DNA from: Candidatus Micrarchaeota archaeon
Lineage (GTDB): Archaea; Micrarchaeota; Micrarchaeia; Norongarragalinales; JAPLXB01
Direction: 5' to 3'
NCBI GenBank assembly: GCA_026396285.1
Contig: JAPLXB010000045.1
Location: forward strand, 343 to 64,342
Length of the DNA stretch: 64,000 bases
Shown here: positions 35,132-44,561 of the stretch, piece after piece
How the letters are laid out: every line of letters begins with the position of its first letter
Numbering within the stretch: position 1 is the first letter of the stretch
Made by a program: the position numbers and the translations under genes
Notes under the pieces: model-generated
Seen by the model: only the letters and a program-made list of their open reading frames with translations
Told to the model about the DNA's origin: nothing
Databases searched by the model: none

Positions 35132-37321
35132 ATGGTGCGAAAGGAAGCGGCAGTGGACTACGTGGCCCGCCTGATGGGCAACAGGAAGAACATCAGGAAC
35201 ATGGGAATCGTTGCGCACGTGGACCACGGCAAGACAACCTTGAGTGACACGTTGGTTGCCAGGGCCGGCCTCATTTCCCAGGAGCTGGCGGGCGAGCAGC
35301 GCGTGCTGGATTTCGACGAGCAGGAGCAGGCGCGCGGGATAACGATAAAGGCGGCGAACATTTCAATTCCCTTCGAGCAGGGCGGCGAAGAGTACCTGAT
35401 CAACCTGATTGACACGCCGGGGCACGTTGACTTCGGCGGCCACGTGACCAGGGCAATGAGGGCAGTTGATGGGGTGATTCTCGTCATTGACTGCGTGGAG
35501 GGGATAATGCCCCAGACCGAGACGGTGCTGAGGCAGGCCCTCAAGGAAAAAGTCAAGCCCGTGCTGTTCATCAACAAGGTGGACCGCTACATCAACGAGT
35601 TGAAGCTGGACGCGCAGGCCATGCAGCAAAGGTTCGTGAAAATCATCACGAACGTCAACAAACTCATTTCCTCTTATGCCACGCCGGAGTTGAAGGAAAC
35701 CTGGCAAATCAAGGTGGAGGACGGGAACGTGGCGTTCGGGTCCGCGTTCAACAAGTGGGCCATTTCGTTTCCCGTGATGAAGGCAAAGGGCGTCACGTTC
35801 AAGGACATTTACGACAACTGCGCCAGGGAAGACCACAAGGCGCTTCAGGAAAAGGCGCCGCTCGGCGACGTGATACTGGACATGGTGATAAAGAACCTGC
35901 CGAACCCGTTGGAGGCCCAGAAGTACCGCATCCCGGTGATTTGGCACGGCGACCCCGCGAGCGACGCCGGGAAGGCAATGATGTCCTGCGACCCCTTGGG
36001 CAGGGCTTGCATGATGATTACCGCAATCCAAATGGATCCCCACGCGGGCGAAGTCGCGGTGGGGCGGCTGTATTCCGGAACCATCCAGAAAGGCACCGAG
36101 CTTTACCTGGCTTCGCGCTACAAGAGCGAGAAAGTGCAGCAAGTCAACGTGTACATGGGGCCGGACCGGATCCCGGTTGACAAGGCCACGGCAGGCAACA
36201 TCGTCGCACTGGTTGGCTTGAAGGAAGTGTTTGCGGGCGAGACCGTGAGCGAGGGCCAGATGCCGGCTTTTGAAAAAATCAAGCACCACAGCGAGCCCGT
36301 GGTCACGAAGAGCATCGAGGCCAAGAACCCCAAGGAATTGGTGAAGCTTGTTGAAATCCTCCGCAAACTGGTCAAGGAGGATCCCACGCTCCGCATCCAA
36401 ATCAACCAGGAGACCGGAGAGCACCTGATGTCGGGAATGGGCGAACTCCACCTGGAAATCATTGAATACAAGATAACCAAGGAACGCGGAGTGGAAATCG
36501 TGACGTCGCAGCCGATTGTCGTCTACCACGAGACCATAACAGACAAGGGGCCTGTCCTGGAAGGGAAGTCTCCGAACAAGCACAACAAGTTCAAGCTTTC
36601 CGTCGAACCGCTCGAGCCGTCGGTGGTCGCCGCCTTTGACGAGGGCACGATTGACGAGGAAATGAAGGGAAGGGACTTGGTTGAACGCCTGGTCAAGGCG
36701 GGGTTGCCGCGCGACGAGGCGAAGAACATAATGGCGATGAAGAACAAGTGCCTGTTCATTGACGTGACGAAAGGAGTCCAGTACCTCCAGGACGTAAAGG
36801 AACTCCTGATCCAGGGTTTTGAGGAAGCGATGGACGAGGGGCCGCTCGCGAAGGAAAAAGTCGTGGGCATAAAAGTGCTTTTGGACGACGCAAGCATCCA
36901 CGTCGACCCGGCGCACCGCGGGCCCGCGCAGATAATCCCGGCGCTCAAGCACCCGGTGTACGCGGGAATGCTGATGGCGAAAACGATTCTCCTTGAACCC
37001 AAGCAGAAGCTCGTGGTGCAGGCGCCGGCCGACTACATGAGCGGCATCATTGCCCAAATCCAGGGCAGGCGTGGGCAGATACTGAACATAGAACAGGAAG
37101 AGGGGGAAGTGATGACGATTAACGCGAAGGTGCCGGTTGCTGAAATGTTCGGGTTCGCCAGCGAAATCCGCAGCGCGTCCCAGGGGAGGGCGGTGTGGTA
37201 CTCGGAATACGCCGGATACGAGCGCATGCCGCCGGAGCTGCAGGCGAGGACAGTGACTTCCATCCGCAAGCGCAAGGGAGAGCCGGAGACGCCGCCGACC
37301 GCCAGGGACTTCCTGGACTGA
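35132..37321 (+). CDS. fusA: translation elongation factor 2 (aEF-2)
   Basis: G motifs AHVDHGKTTLSD and DTPGHVDF. Domain IV diphthamide-region motifs are present. 729 aa. Confidence 0.95.
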   Translation: MVRKEAAVDYVARLMGNRKNIRNMGIVAHVDHGKTTLSDTLVARAGLISQELAGEQRVLDFDEQEQARGITIKAANISIPFEQGGEEYLINLIDTPGHVDFGGHVTRAMRAVDGVILVIDCVEGIMPQTETVLRQALKEKVKPVLFINKVDRYINELKLDAQAMQQRFVKIITNVNKLISSYATPELKETWQIKVEDGNVAFGSAFNKWAISFPVMKAKGVTFKDIYDNCAREDHKALQEKAPLGDVILDMVIKNLPNPLEAQKYRIPVIWHGDPASDAGKAMMSCDPLGRACMMITAIQMDPHAGEVAVGRLYSGTIQKGTELYLASRYKSEKVQQVNVYMGPDRIPVDKATAGNIVALVGLKEVFAGETVSEGQMPAFEKIKHHSEPVVTKSIEAKNPKELVKLVEILRKLVKEDPTLRIQINQETGEHLMSGMGELHLEIIEYKITKERGVEIVTSQPIVVYHETITDKGPVLEGKSPNKHNKFKLSVEPLEPSVVAAFDEGTIDEEMKGRDLVERLVKAGLPRDEAKNIMAMKNKCLFIDVTKGVQYLQDVKELLIQGFEEAMDEGPLAKEKVVGIKVLLDDASIHVDPAHRGPAQIIPALKHPVYAGMLMAKTILLEPKQKLVVQAPADYMSGIIAQIQGRRGQILNIEQEEGEVMTINAKVPVAEMFGFASEIRSASQGRAVWYSEYAGYERMPPELQARTVTSIRKRKGEPETPPTARDFLD

Positions 37322-37327
37322 ACGCCA

Positions 37328-37696
37328 TCAGATGAGTTTGACGCGGTCGAATTTGCTGAAGTGCTTGTCCCCCGTTACCAGCACCACCCCTTCTTTTTGG
37401 GCAGTGGCCAAAATGATGGCGTCTGCCAGACTGAGGCCCTCTTCTGCCTTCAGTTTGGCCGCCTTGAGCGAGATGTCGTTTGTCACATCGATTATTTCGC
37501 TCCTGTTCATCATGAACCTTTTCTTTTCCTCCGCCTCTCCCTTGGCGCTTCTGAGGTATTTGGCATAAACTTCGATGAGGTTTATCTGGGAGACGACGAT
37601 TCTCTCGCCGGACTCGATGAATTCCCCCGCCCTTTTTCCCTTCGGGCTTCCGAAAAAGTACTCGAACCACGCGTAGGAGTCAATCAAAACGGTCAT
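37328..37696 (-). CDS. vapC: PIN-domain toxin VapC
   Basis: 122 aa. Acidic PIN residues in MTVLIDSYAWFEY, LSLADAIILATA and VLVTGDKHF. Confidence 0.75.
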   Translation of the reverse strand: MTVLIDSYAWFEYFFGSPKGKRAGEFIESGERIVVSQINLIEVYAKYLRSAKGEAEEKKRFMMNRSEIIDVTNDISLKAAKLKAEEGLSLADAIILATAQKEGVVLVTGDKHFSKFDRVKLI

Positions 37697-37883
37697 GCTC
37701 TTCCCTCACGCCCTGCAGGCTGAAGCGCCGGGTCGTCCCGAAAAGGCTCTTTTTCTTCACGAAATGCCTGGCCAAAATGGCGTTGAGCGCCTCGGAAAGC
37801 TTCCTCGCGGTGCCGTACTGCTTCTTGGCCTCCTCGACGAGCATCTCGTAAAGCTCGTCCCGCACGATGAAACTCGTCTTCAT
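37680..37883 (-). CDS. vapB: VapB-type antitoxin (small DNA-binding protein)
   Basis: 67-aa ORF immediately upstream of vapC, overlapping it by 17 nt. MKTSFIVRDELYEMLVEEAKK resembles RHH/SpoVT-AbrB antitoxin N-termini. Confidence 0.55.
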   Translation of the reverse strand: MKTSFIVRDELYEMLVEEAKKQYGTARKLSEALNAILARHFVKKKSLFGTTRRFSLQGVREEHDRFD

Positions 37884-37972
37884 AACTTCACCTTACAAAA
37901 AAGACTCTGAACTTCTTTATAAAACTTCCTAAATCAAGGCGGCGGCCGGGGACTTCCTGGACTGATGCGCGT

Positions 37973-38863
37973 TCACCTGCAGTACCGTTCATGCACGCGC
38001 ACTTTCTTGAACCGGTTAGACAAAAGCAGCTTGTTGTAGGCTTCGCCGACGCACCTTCCGACGCCGAAGTTTGTTTTTTCCAGCAACACGTTTTTCATTT
38101 TTTTAAGCATCTCTTCGCCCACGCCTTTTTTCGCGGCCCTGCGTGCAAACTTGTTGAAACTTTTTTCATAGGCCTGTCTTTGGAGGGCGGCGACCGCTTT
38201 ATCGTCCCTGAGGAACGGGGCAGATGTTTCCTTCAAGGCGGTCGCGAGCGCCGGGTGTTCGTCCATCAAAGCATTAAGTGCCGCTTCTGTCGGGCGCTGC
38301 CGCCGGTCGAATTTTTCCAAAAACTTGCCGCAAACCAGCAGGTTTTCCGCCCCCAGCCTACGCATCCTTTCAGTCACTGAATTCCAGTCCTCGTGCGCGG
38401 GAAGGGGCTCCCCTTTTTTCGTGGGAACTATTATGATGCGCCACGGTATGAACCGCCATTTCTCATTCAACGTGGCGCGTACAAGTTTTTGAGTTTCCTT
38501 TACTTCCCTGCGCTCCTCTTCTATTCGTTTGAGTGTTTCTGGAATCTCGTGCTTTTCTTCGAACAAAAACACGGGAACAGGTTCGCCAGGTTTGCATAGG
38601 TCAAAGCGAATGTATGGAAAAAGAATATTTTTCTCCATCTCTCTATCCACTCTTAGTTTTTCCTGAGCCTCAGCAATTTTTTTATCACATGCCTCGTACT
38701 CAGACGGTTGCATTTTAAACGGGTCCGGTTCAGGCAAGGCGTCCAAGGGGTGTGGACCGTAAAAAGGGTGCACGAGCACGAAAGCGCGTCCGCCGGATTT
38801 CCTAAACCACTCGCGCACCGTGGCCTCATCCCTCTTCGTCAGCTTGTGGATTTCCTTCAGCAT
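37973..38863 (-). CDS. hypothetical protein, paralogue A of a tandem pair (about 296 aa from the internal ATG)
   Basis: Shares MLKEIHKLT...GGRAFVLVHPFY, LLVCGKF and a C-terminal KTNFGVGRCVGEAYNKLLLSNRFKKVRVHERYC with the adjacent gene. The upstream extension to 38956 would overlap paralogue B and is rejected. Confidence 0.5.
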   Translation of the reverse strand: MLKEIHKLTKRDEATVREWFRKSGGRAFVLVHPFYGPHPLDALPEPDPFKMQPSEYEACDKKIAEAQEKLRVDREMEKNILFPYIRFDLCKPGEPVPVFLFEEKHEIPETLKRIEEERREVKETQKLVRATLNEKWRFIPWRIIIVPTKKGEPLPAHEDWNSVTERMRRLGAENLLVCGKFLEKFDRRQRPTEAALNALMDEHPALATALKETSAPFLRDDKAVAALQRQAYEKSFNKFARRAAKKGVGEEMLKKMKNVLLEKTNFGVGRCVGEAYNKLLLSNRFKKVRVHERYCR

Positions 38864-38874
38864 TTTTCCATCCC

Positions 38875-39639
38875 TCACTCGCAGTATTTCTTCATTATCC
38901 GCACCGTTTTGAAGGCCTTGGAAAGCAGCAGCGAGTTGTACGCGAGGCCCACGCACATGGTTGCGCCGTAATTCGTTTTTTCCATGTACCTTTTCTTGTT
39001 TTCCTCAATCTCCTTTTCACTCACTCCTTTCTTGGCGGCTGCGCGCCCCCACTCGTCGATGATTTTCTGGTAGTGCTCTTTTTCAATCTCGGCGACGCGC
39101 TCGTCATTTTCTACGCCGGACTTCAGCTCGTCTTCTACGAATCCCCGCGGGTGCTCGTTGTTCCAGCCCGGGAACAGGTACTGGTCGACGCCGCCGGTGC
39201 GGTCGTGTGTTCCTAAAAAAGTGCCGCACACGAACAGCTTTTCGGCGCCAAGTTTTTTCATCCGTCCAATCAGCTCGCTCCAGCCCTCCGCCTTCGGGGC
39301 GGGGCGTTCTTTTTCAGTTGGCACGACGATTATCCCGCGCCTCTTCCTTCCCTTGTTTTTTTCCTCCAACCCCCTTATTTTTTCAAAAACTTTTTCCAGC
39401 CGTTGCCCTTCCTCGAACAGGAAGACGGGCGTCCGTGCGTCCCCGCTTTTCGGGAACAGGAGGGACTCGATTTTTTGCAGCGAAATCGCGCTGGGATGTG
39501 ATTGCGCGGTTTCGCGGAGTATGTGGCTGCCTTCGAAAAACGGGTGGACAAGCACGAAAGCCCGGCCCCCGGATTCTTGGAGCCATTTCCGCGCCCGGGC
39601 CGACTCGTTTTCTGTGAGGCGATGGATTTCCCTGAGCAT
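38875..39639 (-). CDS. hypothetical protein, paralogue B of a tandem pair (254 aa)
   Basis: The segments MLREIHRLT...GGRAFVLVHPFF, LFVCGTF and KTNYGATMCVGLAYNSLLLSKAFKTVRIMKKYC are collinear with paralogue A. Confidence 0.5.
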   Translation of the reverse strand: MLREIHRLTENESARARKWLQESGGRAFVLVHPFFEGSHILRETAQSHPSAISLQKIESLLFPKSGDARTPVFLFEEGQRLEKVFEKIRGLEEKNKGRKRRGIIVVPTEKERPAPKAEGWSELIGRMKKLGAEKLFVCGTFLGTHDRTGGVDQYLFPGWNNEHPRGFVEDELKSGVENDERVAEIEKEHYQKIIDEWGRAAAKKGVSEKEIEENKKRYMEKTNYGATMCVGLAYNSLLLSKAFKTVRIMKKYCE

Positions 39640-39849
39640 TTCCGCACCGAAAGCGTTTTGCGCGCGCAGCGATTTAAACCCTTATCCGGAGCGGCCGGCG
39701 GAAAGGAAAACGTTTTTAAAGAAACTTTGGCATAATGAGGTAGCGAAATGGCCGACAGGCTTAACATGGCTATTTTTTCGTGAAGTTTAACCAAAGGTGG
39801 GTGTTTTCCACCGCGAAAACGCTCCATCATAGTTTGGGGGGGATTTGAA

Positions 39850-41121
39850 ATGGCAGCTAAGCCGCACTTGAACCTGATTTTCACTGGTCACGTTGACCAC
39901 GGGAAATCAACGCTAGTCGGAAGAGTGCTTTACGACACCGGCGCAGTGTCCGAACAGGACTTGAGGAAGCTGAAGGAAGAGGCGGCCAAACTCGGAAAGG
40001 CCACGTTCGAGTTCGCCTTCGTCATGGACCAACTCAAGGAGGAAAGGGAAAGGGGTTTGACCATTGACATCGCGCACAGGGATTTCAACACCAACAAGTA
40101 CTACTTCACAATCATTGACGCGCCAGGGCACAAGGACTTCATCAAGAACATGATCACCGGCGCAAGCCAGGCCGACGCAGCGGTGCTCGTGTGCTCCGCC
40201 AAGGAAGGGGTGCAGGCGCAGACGATTGAACACGCTTTCCTTTTGAAGGTGCTGGGCGTCCAGCAGTTCATCGTCGCCATCAACAAGATGGACGCGGTGA
40301 ACTACGACCGCGTCAAGTACGAGGAGACGAAGCAGGCGCTGTCGGCGAAAATTAAGCCGATGGGTTACCCGGTTGACAAGATTCCGTTCATTCCGGTGTC
40401 TGCGTACATGGGGGACAACATCGTGAAGAAAAGCGACAAGACCCCGTGGTACAGCGGCCCGACGCTCAACGAGGCTTTTGACCTGCTCATTGAACCGAAG
40501 AAGCCGACGGACAAGCCGCTGAGGCTGCCAATCCAGGAAGTCTTCACCATCACCGGCCAGGGAACCGTCCCAGTCGGGAGAGTGGAGTCGGGGACGCTCA
40601 AGCCGAACACCGTAGTCGTGATAATGCCTGAGAACGTGCAGGGCGAAGTGAAGAGCATTGAAATGCACCACCAGCCCCTCGCGGAAGCGGTGCCCGGGGA
40701 CAACATCGGGTTCGCGCTCAAAGGCATCGACAAGAAAGCCATAAAGAGGGGCTCCGTACTTGGTATTCCGACGAATCCGCCGAAAGTGGCGGAGGAATTC
40801 ACTGCCCAAATCGTGGTGTTGAACCACCCGACCGCCATCGGAAAGAACTACACGCCAGTGTTCCATTTGCACACCGCGCAAGTCGCCTGCACGATAACCG
40901 AAATCGTGGAGAAAAAGGACCCGAAGACAGGCGCGACGCTGCAGAAGAACCCGGATTTCATCAAGACCGGCGACGCGGCAATCGTGAAAATAAAGCCCAC
41001 GAGGCCGCTGGTGGTTGAAAAATACTCGGACTTCCCGGCCCTCGGAAGGTTCGCCATGAGGGACATGGGAATGACGGTCGCCGCCGGAATAGTTCTGGAC
41101 GTGGTGCCGAGAAAAGCATAA
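39850..41121 (+). CDS. tuf: translation elongation factor 1-alpha (aEF-1alpha)
   Basis: Motifs [17 protein letters not shown] and NKMD. 423 aa. Full-length similarity to archaeal EF-1alpha. Confidence 0.95.
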   Translation: MAAKPHLNLIFTGHVDHGKSTLVGRVLYDTGAVSEQDLRKLKEEAAKLGKATFEFAFVMDQLKEERERGLTIDIAHRDFNTNKYYFTIIDAPGHKDFIKNMITGASQADAAVLVCSAKEGVQAQTIEHAFLLKVLGVQQFIVAINKMDAVNYDRVKYEETKQALSAKIKPMGYPVDKIPFIPVSAYMGDNIVKKSDKTPWYSGPTLNEAFDLLIEPKKPTDKPLRLPIQEVFTITGQGTVPVGRVESGTLKPNTVVVIMPENVQGEVKSIEMHHQPLAEAVPGDNIGFALKGIDKKAIKRGSVLGIPTNPPKVAEEFTAQIVVLNHPTAIGKNYTPVFHLHTAQVACTITEIVEKKDPKTGATLQKNPDFIKTGDAAIVKIKPTRPLVVEKYSDFPALGRFAMRDMGMTVAAGIVLDVVPRKA

Positions 41122-41237
41122 TTCCATTCAAAGAAAGGAAACGCGGAACGCCACAAAGGTTTTCCGAGCCAACAACTCGGGAAAAGACACGGACCCGCCG
41201 CGTTTTCCGCATTTTATTTTTCAAAAAAAAACGGTGT

Positions 41238-41549
41238 ATGAACATGCAGAAGGCGCGCATAAAACTGGAGAGCCAGAACTGTGACGACTTGGACGGGGTC
41301 TGTGGCCAGATAAAGGAAATCGCGCGCCGCACAGGCATTGAAATCAGGGGACCCATCCCGCTGCCCACGAAGAAATTAAGGATATCCACTCGCAAGACTC
41401 CCTGCGGCGACGGGTCCGACACTTACGAAAAGTGGGAAATGCGCATCCACAAGCGGTTGATTGAAATCAAGGCCGACGACCGGGCGCTCCGCGAAGTCAT
41501 GCGCATCAAGTTCCCCGAGACAGTGAACGTCGAAATGACTCTCGGATGA
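41238..41549 (+). CDS. rps10: 30S ribosomal protein S10 (uS10)
   Basis: Matches [42 protein letters not shown]...[30 protein letters not shown]. Confidence 0.9.
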   Translation: MNMQKARIKLESQNCDDLDGVCGQIKEIARRTGIEIRGPIPLPTKKLRISTRKTPCGDGSDTYEKWEMRIHKRLIEIKADDRALREVMRIKFPETVNVEMTLG

Positions 41550-41556
41550 GCCTTTC

Positions 41557-42120
41557 CTACAAGTACTCCCTCGGCTTGTTCTTCTTCCTAGCCATCAGTT
41601 CCTGGAGCGCGCTGATTTTCACGTGCATTTCGGCGTACTTCGCCTTCGCCGCCGGGTTTTCCGCCTTTTCGTTCCTTAGCCCCGCCCTTTCCCGGAGGTA
41701 TCTCGGCTCGGCCAATTCCATTATCTTGAAAGGAATCCCCTCGGCGTCGACTTCCAGCTTCCTGATGTCCCGGTGCCTCATGAAATCGTCAAGGGCTTCG
41801 GAAAGGGTGCCGAGTTTCTGGCCCGCGCCACTGCCGCCTTCCTCCGCCAGCCGCCTCTTTTCCATGAACGCCTCCAGGCTTTTCTTGTTGACGAACAGTT
41901 TCTTCCTGAACCGTCCCCACTTCCAAGGCACCATCCTTCCGGATATCTTGCGCTGCGAGCGAAGGCTGTGAACGAAGTCAATGGTGCCGTCCAGTTTTTC
42001 CGCAGCCTCCTCAGTCGTGTAGTGCGTGTCCCTGAGTCCCGCAGGTATTTCCGCCGCCCTGTCCGCGCCGGCGCCCAATTCGTTCGCCCGCGGTTTTTCC
42101 GCCCTGCCGCGTTCCCTCAT
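41557..42120 (-). CDS. excisionase-family HTH DNA-binding protein (paralogue 1)
   Basis: HYTTEEAAEKLDGTIDFVHSLRSQRKISG matches the excisionase/MerR-like HTH pattern (lt..EaA..lgvs..tvyrl...g.i). The rest is a basic coiled region. Confidence 0.5.
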   Translation of the reverse strand: MRERGRAEKPRANELGAGADRAAEIPAGLRDTHYTTEEAAEKLDGTIDFVHSLRSQRKISGRMVPWKWGRFRKKLFVNKKSLEAFMEKRRLAEEGGSGAGQKLGTLSEALDDFMRHRDIRKLEVDAEGIPFKIMELAEPRYLRERAGLRNEKAENPAAKAKYAEMHVKISALQELMARKKNKPREYL

Positions 42121-42674
42121 GTCCTCTTCCCCCAGCGCTTTGCCAGCATCAGTTTGCCCAAGGCATTCATCCTGTCAAGCACCTCGTTGTGTTCCCTTAC
42201 CGCCGACGGGCCCTCGGCAAGGCGCTTCTTCAATTCCAGCATCCTTTCCTTGTAACCTGCCTCGGCCCGTTTGATAATTTTGTTAGGAATCCCACGAGTC
42301 AAGGCACTCATTTCACGGATGTTCCTTTTCTTAGCATATTTGTCCAGCGCCCCCTCTAGTGCTTGCATCCATTTCTCGCGCGACATTCCGCCAGCGGAGG
42401 GCTTTTCCGCGGCTTTTTCCAGCGCTTTTTCCCTCGCATATTCCAGGACCGCATTCTTTTCCAGCAGGAAAACGCGCCTCCCAAGAGCCGGGTCCCATGG
42501 CGCGATGCCCGGAATGATTTTCCTGCTGTAAAGCACGGCGGCATTACTCGACTGTACGCCTATTTTCTCCGCCGCTTCCCGCGTAGTGAAATGCGTCTTC
42601 CTGAAGCGCTTCAATTCAACCGATTTCCACGCGTCCCGCCTAGGCGTCACGGCCAACCAAACGCACCCCCTCAA
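42117..42674 (-). CDS. excisionase-family HTH DNA-binding protein (paralogue 2)
   Basis: HFTTREAAEKIGVQSSNAAVLYSRKIIPG uses the same architecture as the neighbouring gene. Its stop overlaps the paralogue 1 start by 4 nt. Confidence 0.5.
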   Translation of the reverse strand: MRGCVWLAVTPRRDAWKSVELKRFRKTHFTTREAAEKIGVQSSNAAVLYSRKIIPGIAPWDPALGRRVFLLEKNAVLEYAREKALEKAAEKPSAGGMSREKWMQALEGALDKYAKKRNIREMSALTRGIPNKIIKRAEAGYKERMLELKKRLAEGPSAVREHNEVLDRMNALGKLMLAKRWGKRT

Positions 42675-42722
42675 CCACTATGTGAAACAATCAATATAAA
42701 CCGCGGCCCTCTTTTTCTTACC

Positions 42723-42886
42723 GCCGGGGTGGCAGAGCGGTTATTGCGCCAGAACCTTTTCTTTCTTCCGAAGAAAGTAAAGCTTCACCAAAAGAAAGAA
42801 GGATTTAGGCGAACCTTGAGGCCGCTTCGCGGCAGGGGAGCTGGTGTCCCTCACGGGACGCGGGAGTTCGAATCTCCCCCCCGGCG
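42723..42886 (+). tRNA. class II (long variable arm; Leu/Ser-type) tRNA interrupted by an intron of about 80 nt; anticodon not resolved by eye
   Basis: Acceptor GCCGGGG (42723..42729) pairs perfectly with CCCCGGC (42879..42885), with discriminator G. D-arm is GCA...TGC. Intact T-arm GGGAG TTCGAAT CTCCC. Variable-arm hairpin GTCCC-TCAC-GGGAC. The segment 42751..42809 is homologous to the intron of the tRNA at 706..835. Confidence 0.5.
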
Positions 42887-42964
42887 TACGATGCTGGAAA
42901 GGCGCTTCGCGCCTTTCGGTGTAGCGGATGGGCGTCCGCCGCCCCGCCTGCAAACGGTAGTCAA

Positions 42965-43582
42965 ATGTCTTTCAACAACGTGGTTTTCGACTGGAGCGGG
43001 ACCCTCAGCGACGACTTCGACGGGTGCTACGAGGCCGGGATGAAGACGCTGGAGTCGTTCGGAGTCAAGCGCTTCAGCCGCGAGGAATACGTTCGCAGGT
43101 TCGAAATGCCCTACATGGGCTACTACCGGAAACTCGGCGTCACTGCGCCAAAAGAGGAAATCGACAGGCGGTTCAGGAAAATCATTTTGGAAACGAAGCC
43201 CAAGCCCCTTCCCGGCGCCCGCGAACTGCTCGAGCAGCTCTCGCTGCGGGGCAAGAAAATGGCAGTCCTCAGTTCCCATCCGCACGAAAAACTCTTGGCC
43301 GAAGCGAGCGAGTACGGGTTCGCCGGCTTTTTTGAAAAAATCGCGGGCGGGGTCCACGACAAGCGCCTCGCCCTCGCCGGCCTCCTCGAGGAACTGGGTT
43401 TTGAAAAGCCGGATACGGTTTTCGTCGGCGACCACATGCACGAAATCGAGGCCGGGAAACAGGCTGGCGTGGCCGTCGCCGCGGTTCCCTCAAAGTACAC
43501 TCCGCGGGCAGCGCTGGCCGCCGCAAAACCCGATTATCTCCTTGACTCAATCACGGACGTCTTGAAGGTGGTGAGTGAATGA
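42965..43582 (+). CDS. HAD-superfamily hydrolase (phosphatase)
   Basis: Motif I VVFDWSGTLSDD. Motif IV GDHMHEIEAG. Rossmann-like core. Confidence 0.7.
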   Translation: MSFNNVVFDWSGTLSDDFDGCYEAGMKTLESFGVKRFSREEYVRRFEMPYMGYYRKLGVTAPKEEIDRRFRKIILETKPKPLPGARELLEQLSLRGKKMAVLSSHPHEKLLAEASEYGFAGFFEKIAGGVHDKRLALAGLLEELGFEKPDTVFVGDHMHEIEAGKQAGVAVAAVPSKYTPRAALAAAKPDYLLDSITDVLKVVSE

Positions 43583-44013
43583 AAAAACCCCGCGGCCTTG
43601 GACAGAAATATCCCGAAGTCACGGTCGGCGCAGTGATACGCGACCGCCGCGGCAAGGTGCTTTTCATACGTTCGCCCAAGTGGTTCGGCAAGCTCACCAT
43701 TCCCGGGGGCCACGTTGAACTGGGAGAAACGCGGGAAGGGGCTTTGGAGCGCGAGGTGCGCGAGGAAACCGGCCTCACGGTACGGGTGGGGCGGCTGCTG
43801 AACAGCGGTGAACTGATTTTTTCAAAGGAATTCATCCGGCCCGGGCACTTCATTTTCTTCGACTACCTGTGCTCGGTGAAGGGCGGGAAACTCAAACCGG
43901 ACGGAAGGGAAGTCACTGAAGCGGTGTGGCTCGAGCCGCGCGAGGCGATGAGGCTGGGCGTGGACTCGTTCACTGGGAAAACCCTGGGAAAACTTTTGGG
44001 TGGGCGCGAATGA
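43579..44013 (+). CDS. NUDIX hydrolase
   Basis: Nudix box GGHVELGETREGALEREVREETGL. Confidence 0.8.
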   Translation: MKKPRGLGQKYPEVTVGAVIRDRRGKVLFIRSPKWFGKLTIPGGHVELGETREGALEREVREETGLTVRVGRLLNSGELIFSKEFIRPGHFIFFDYLCSVKGGKLKPDGREVTEAVWLEPREAMRLGVDSFTGKTLGKLLGGRE

Positions 44014-44543
44014 TTTTCGTTTCAACGAGCAGGAAACCGTCGCAGGAAACCCGGCGGCTGGCGCGGTGGCTCGCGCTACTCGCCGGCGGGGAAACGGAGA
44101 ACAGGGGCAAGCGCAGCGTAGGCGAAGTCGCTGCACGCGCTGCTGTCCGGGGCTTTTCGCGCGTGCTGTTCATTTACGAGAAGCACGGCACTCCGCGGGA
44201 ACTTGTTTTCTTCGACGAGGACAAGGGATGGCTTGAGCCCGGAATAATCTTGTCAGGCGTTGTTTTCCCGGACAAGGAAAGGGAAAAAGAGGCGGGGAAG
44301 GGAGGGAAGCGGCCGCGGCTCCCGGGCGCGGCGCGCGTTGTCGCAGTCGACGCGGCAGGGGAGAAAATCAAGGGCCTTTTCGGCATCGGGGAAAAGGGGA
44401 AAGAAGGCGTTGAAGAGGATTCCGGGGATTTCGTGGAAATAAGGGCCGGCGGAAAGGAAATCTCGTTCCAGTACTGCGGCAAGCAGGTTGGGCCGCGGCT
44501 AAAGACAACGGTTGCCGCGGGCGGCGGAGGAAAAGAAACTTAA
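44010..44543 (+). CDS. Brix-domain ribosome-biogenesis protein (archaeal Imp4/Brix homologue)
   Basis: From the internal ATG (ATGA overlap with the Nudix stop), MIFVSTSRKPSQETRRLARWLA matches the archaeal Brix N-terminus (IITTSRKPS..R.lak.La). The C-terminus is a Gly/Lys-rich tail. Confidence 0.6.
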   Translation: MIFVSTSRKPSQETRRLARWLALLAGGETENRGKRSVGEVAARAAVRGFSRVLFIYEKHGTPRELVFFDEDKGWLEPGIILSGVVFPDKEREKEAGKGGKRPRLPGAARVVAVDAAGEKIKGLFGIGEKGKEGVEEDSGDFVEIRAGGKEISFQYCGKQVGPRLKTTVAAGGGGKET

Positions 44544-44561
44544 ACGCGGTGCGGGTAAGGA

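Noticed and set aside
35363-37057. 564-aa minus-strand ORF
   Set aside because: Antisense to aEF-2, which is unambiguous.
39913-41127. 404-aa minus-strand ORF
   Set aside because: Antisense to aEF-1alpha.
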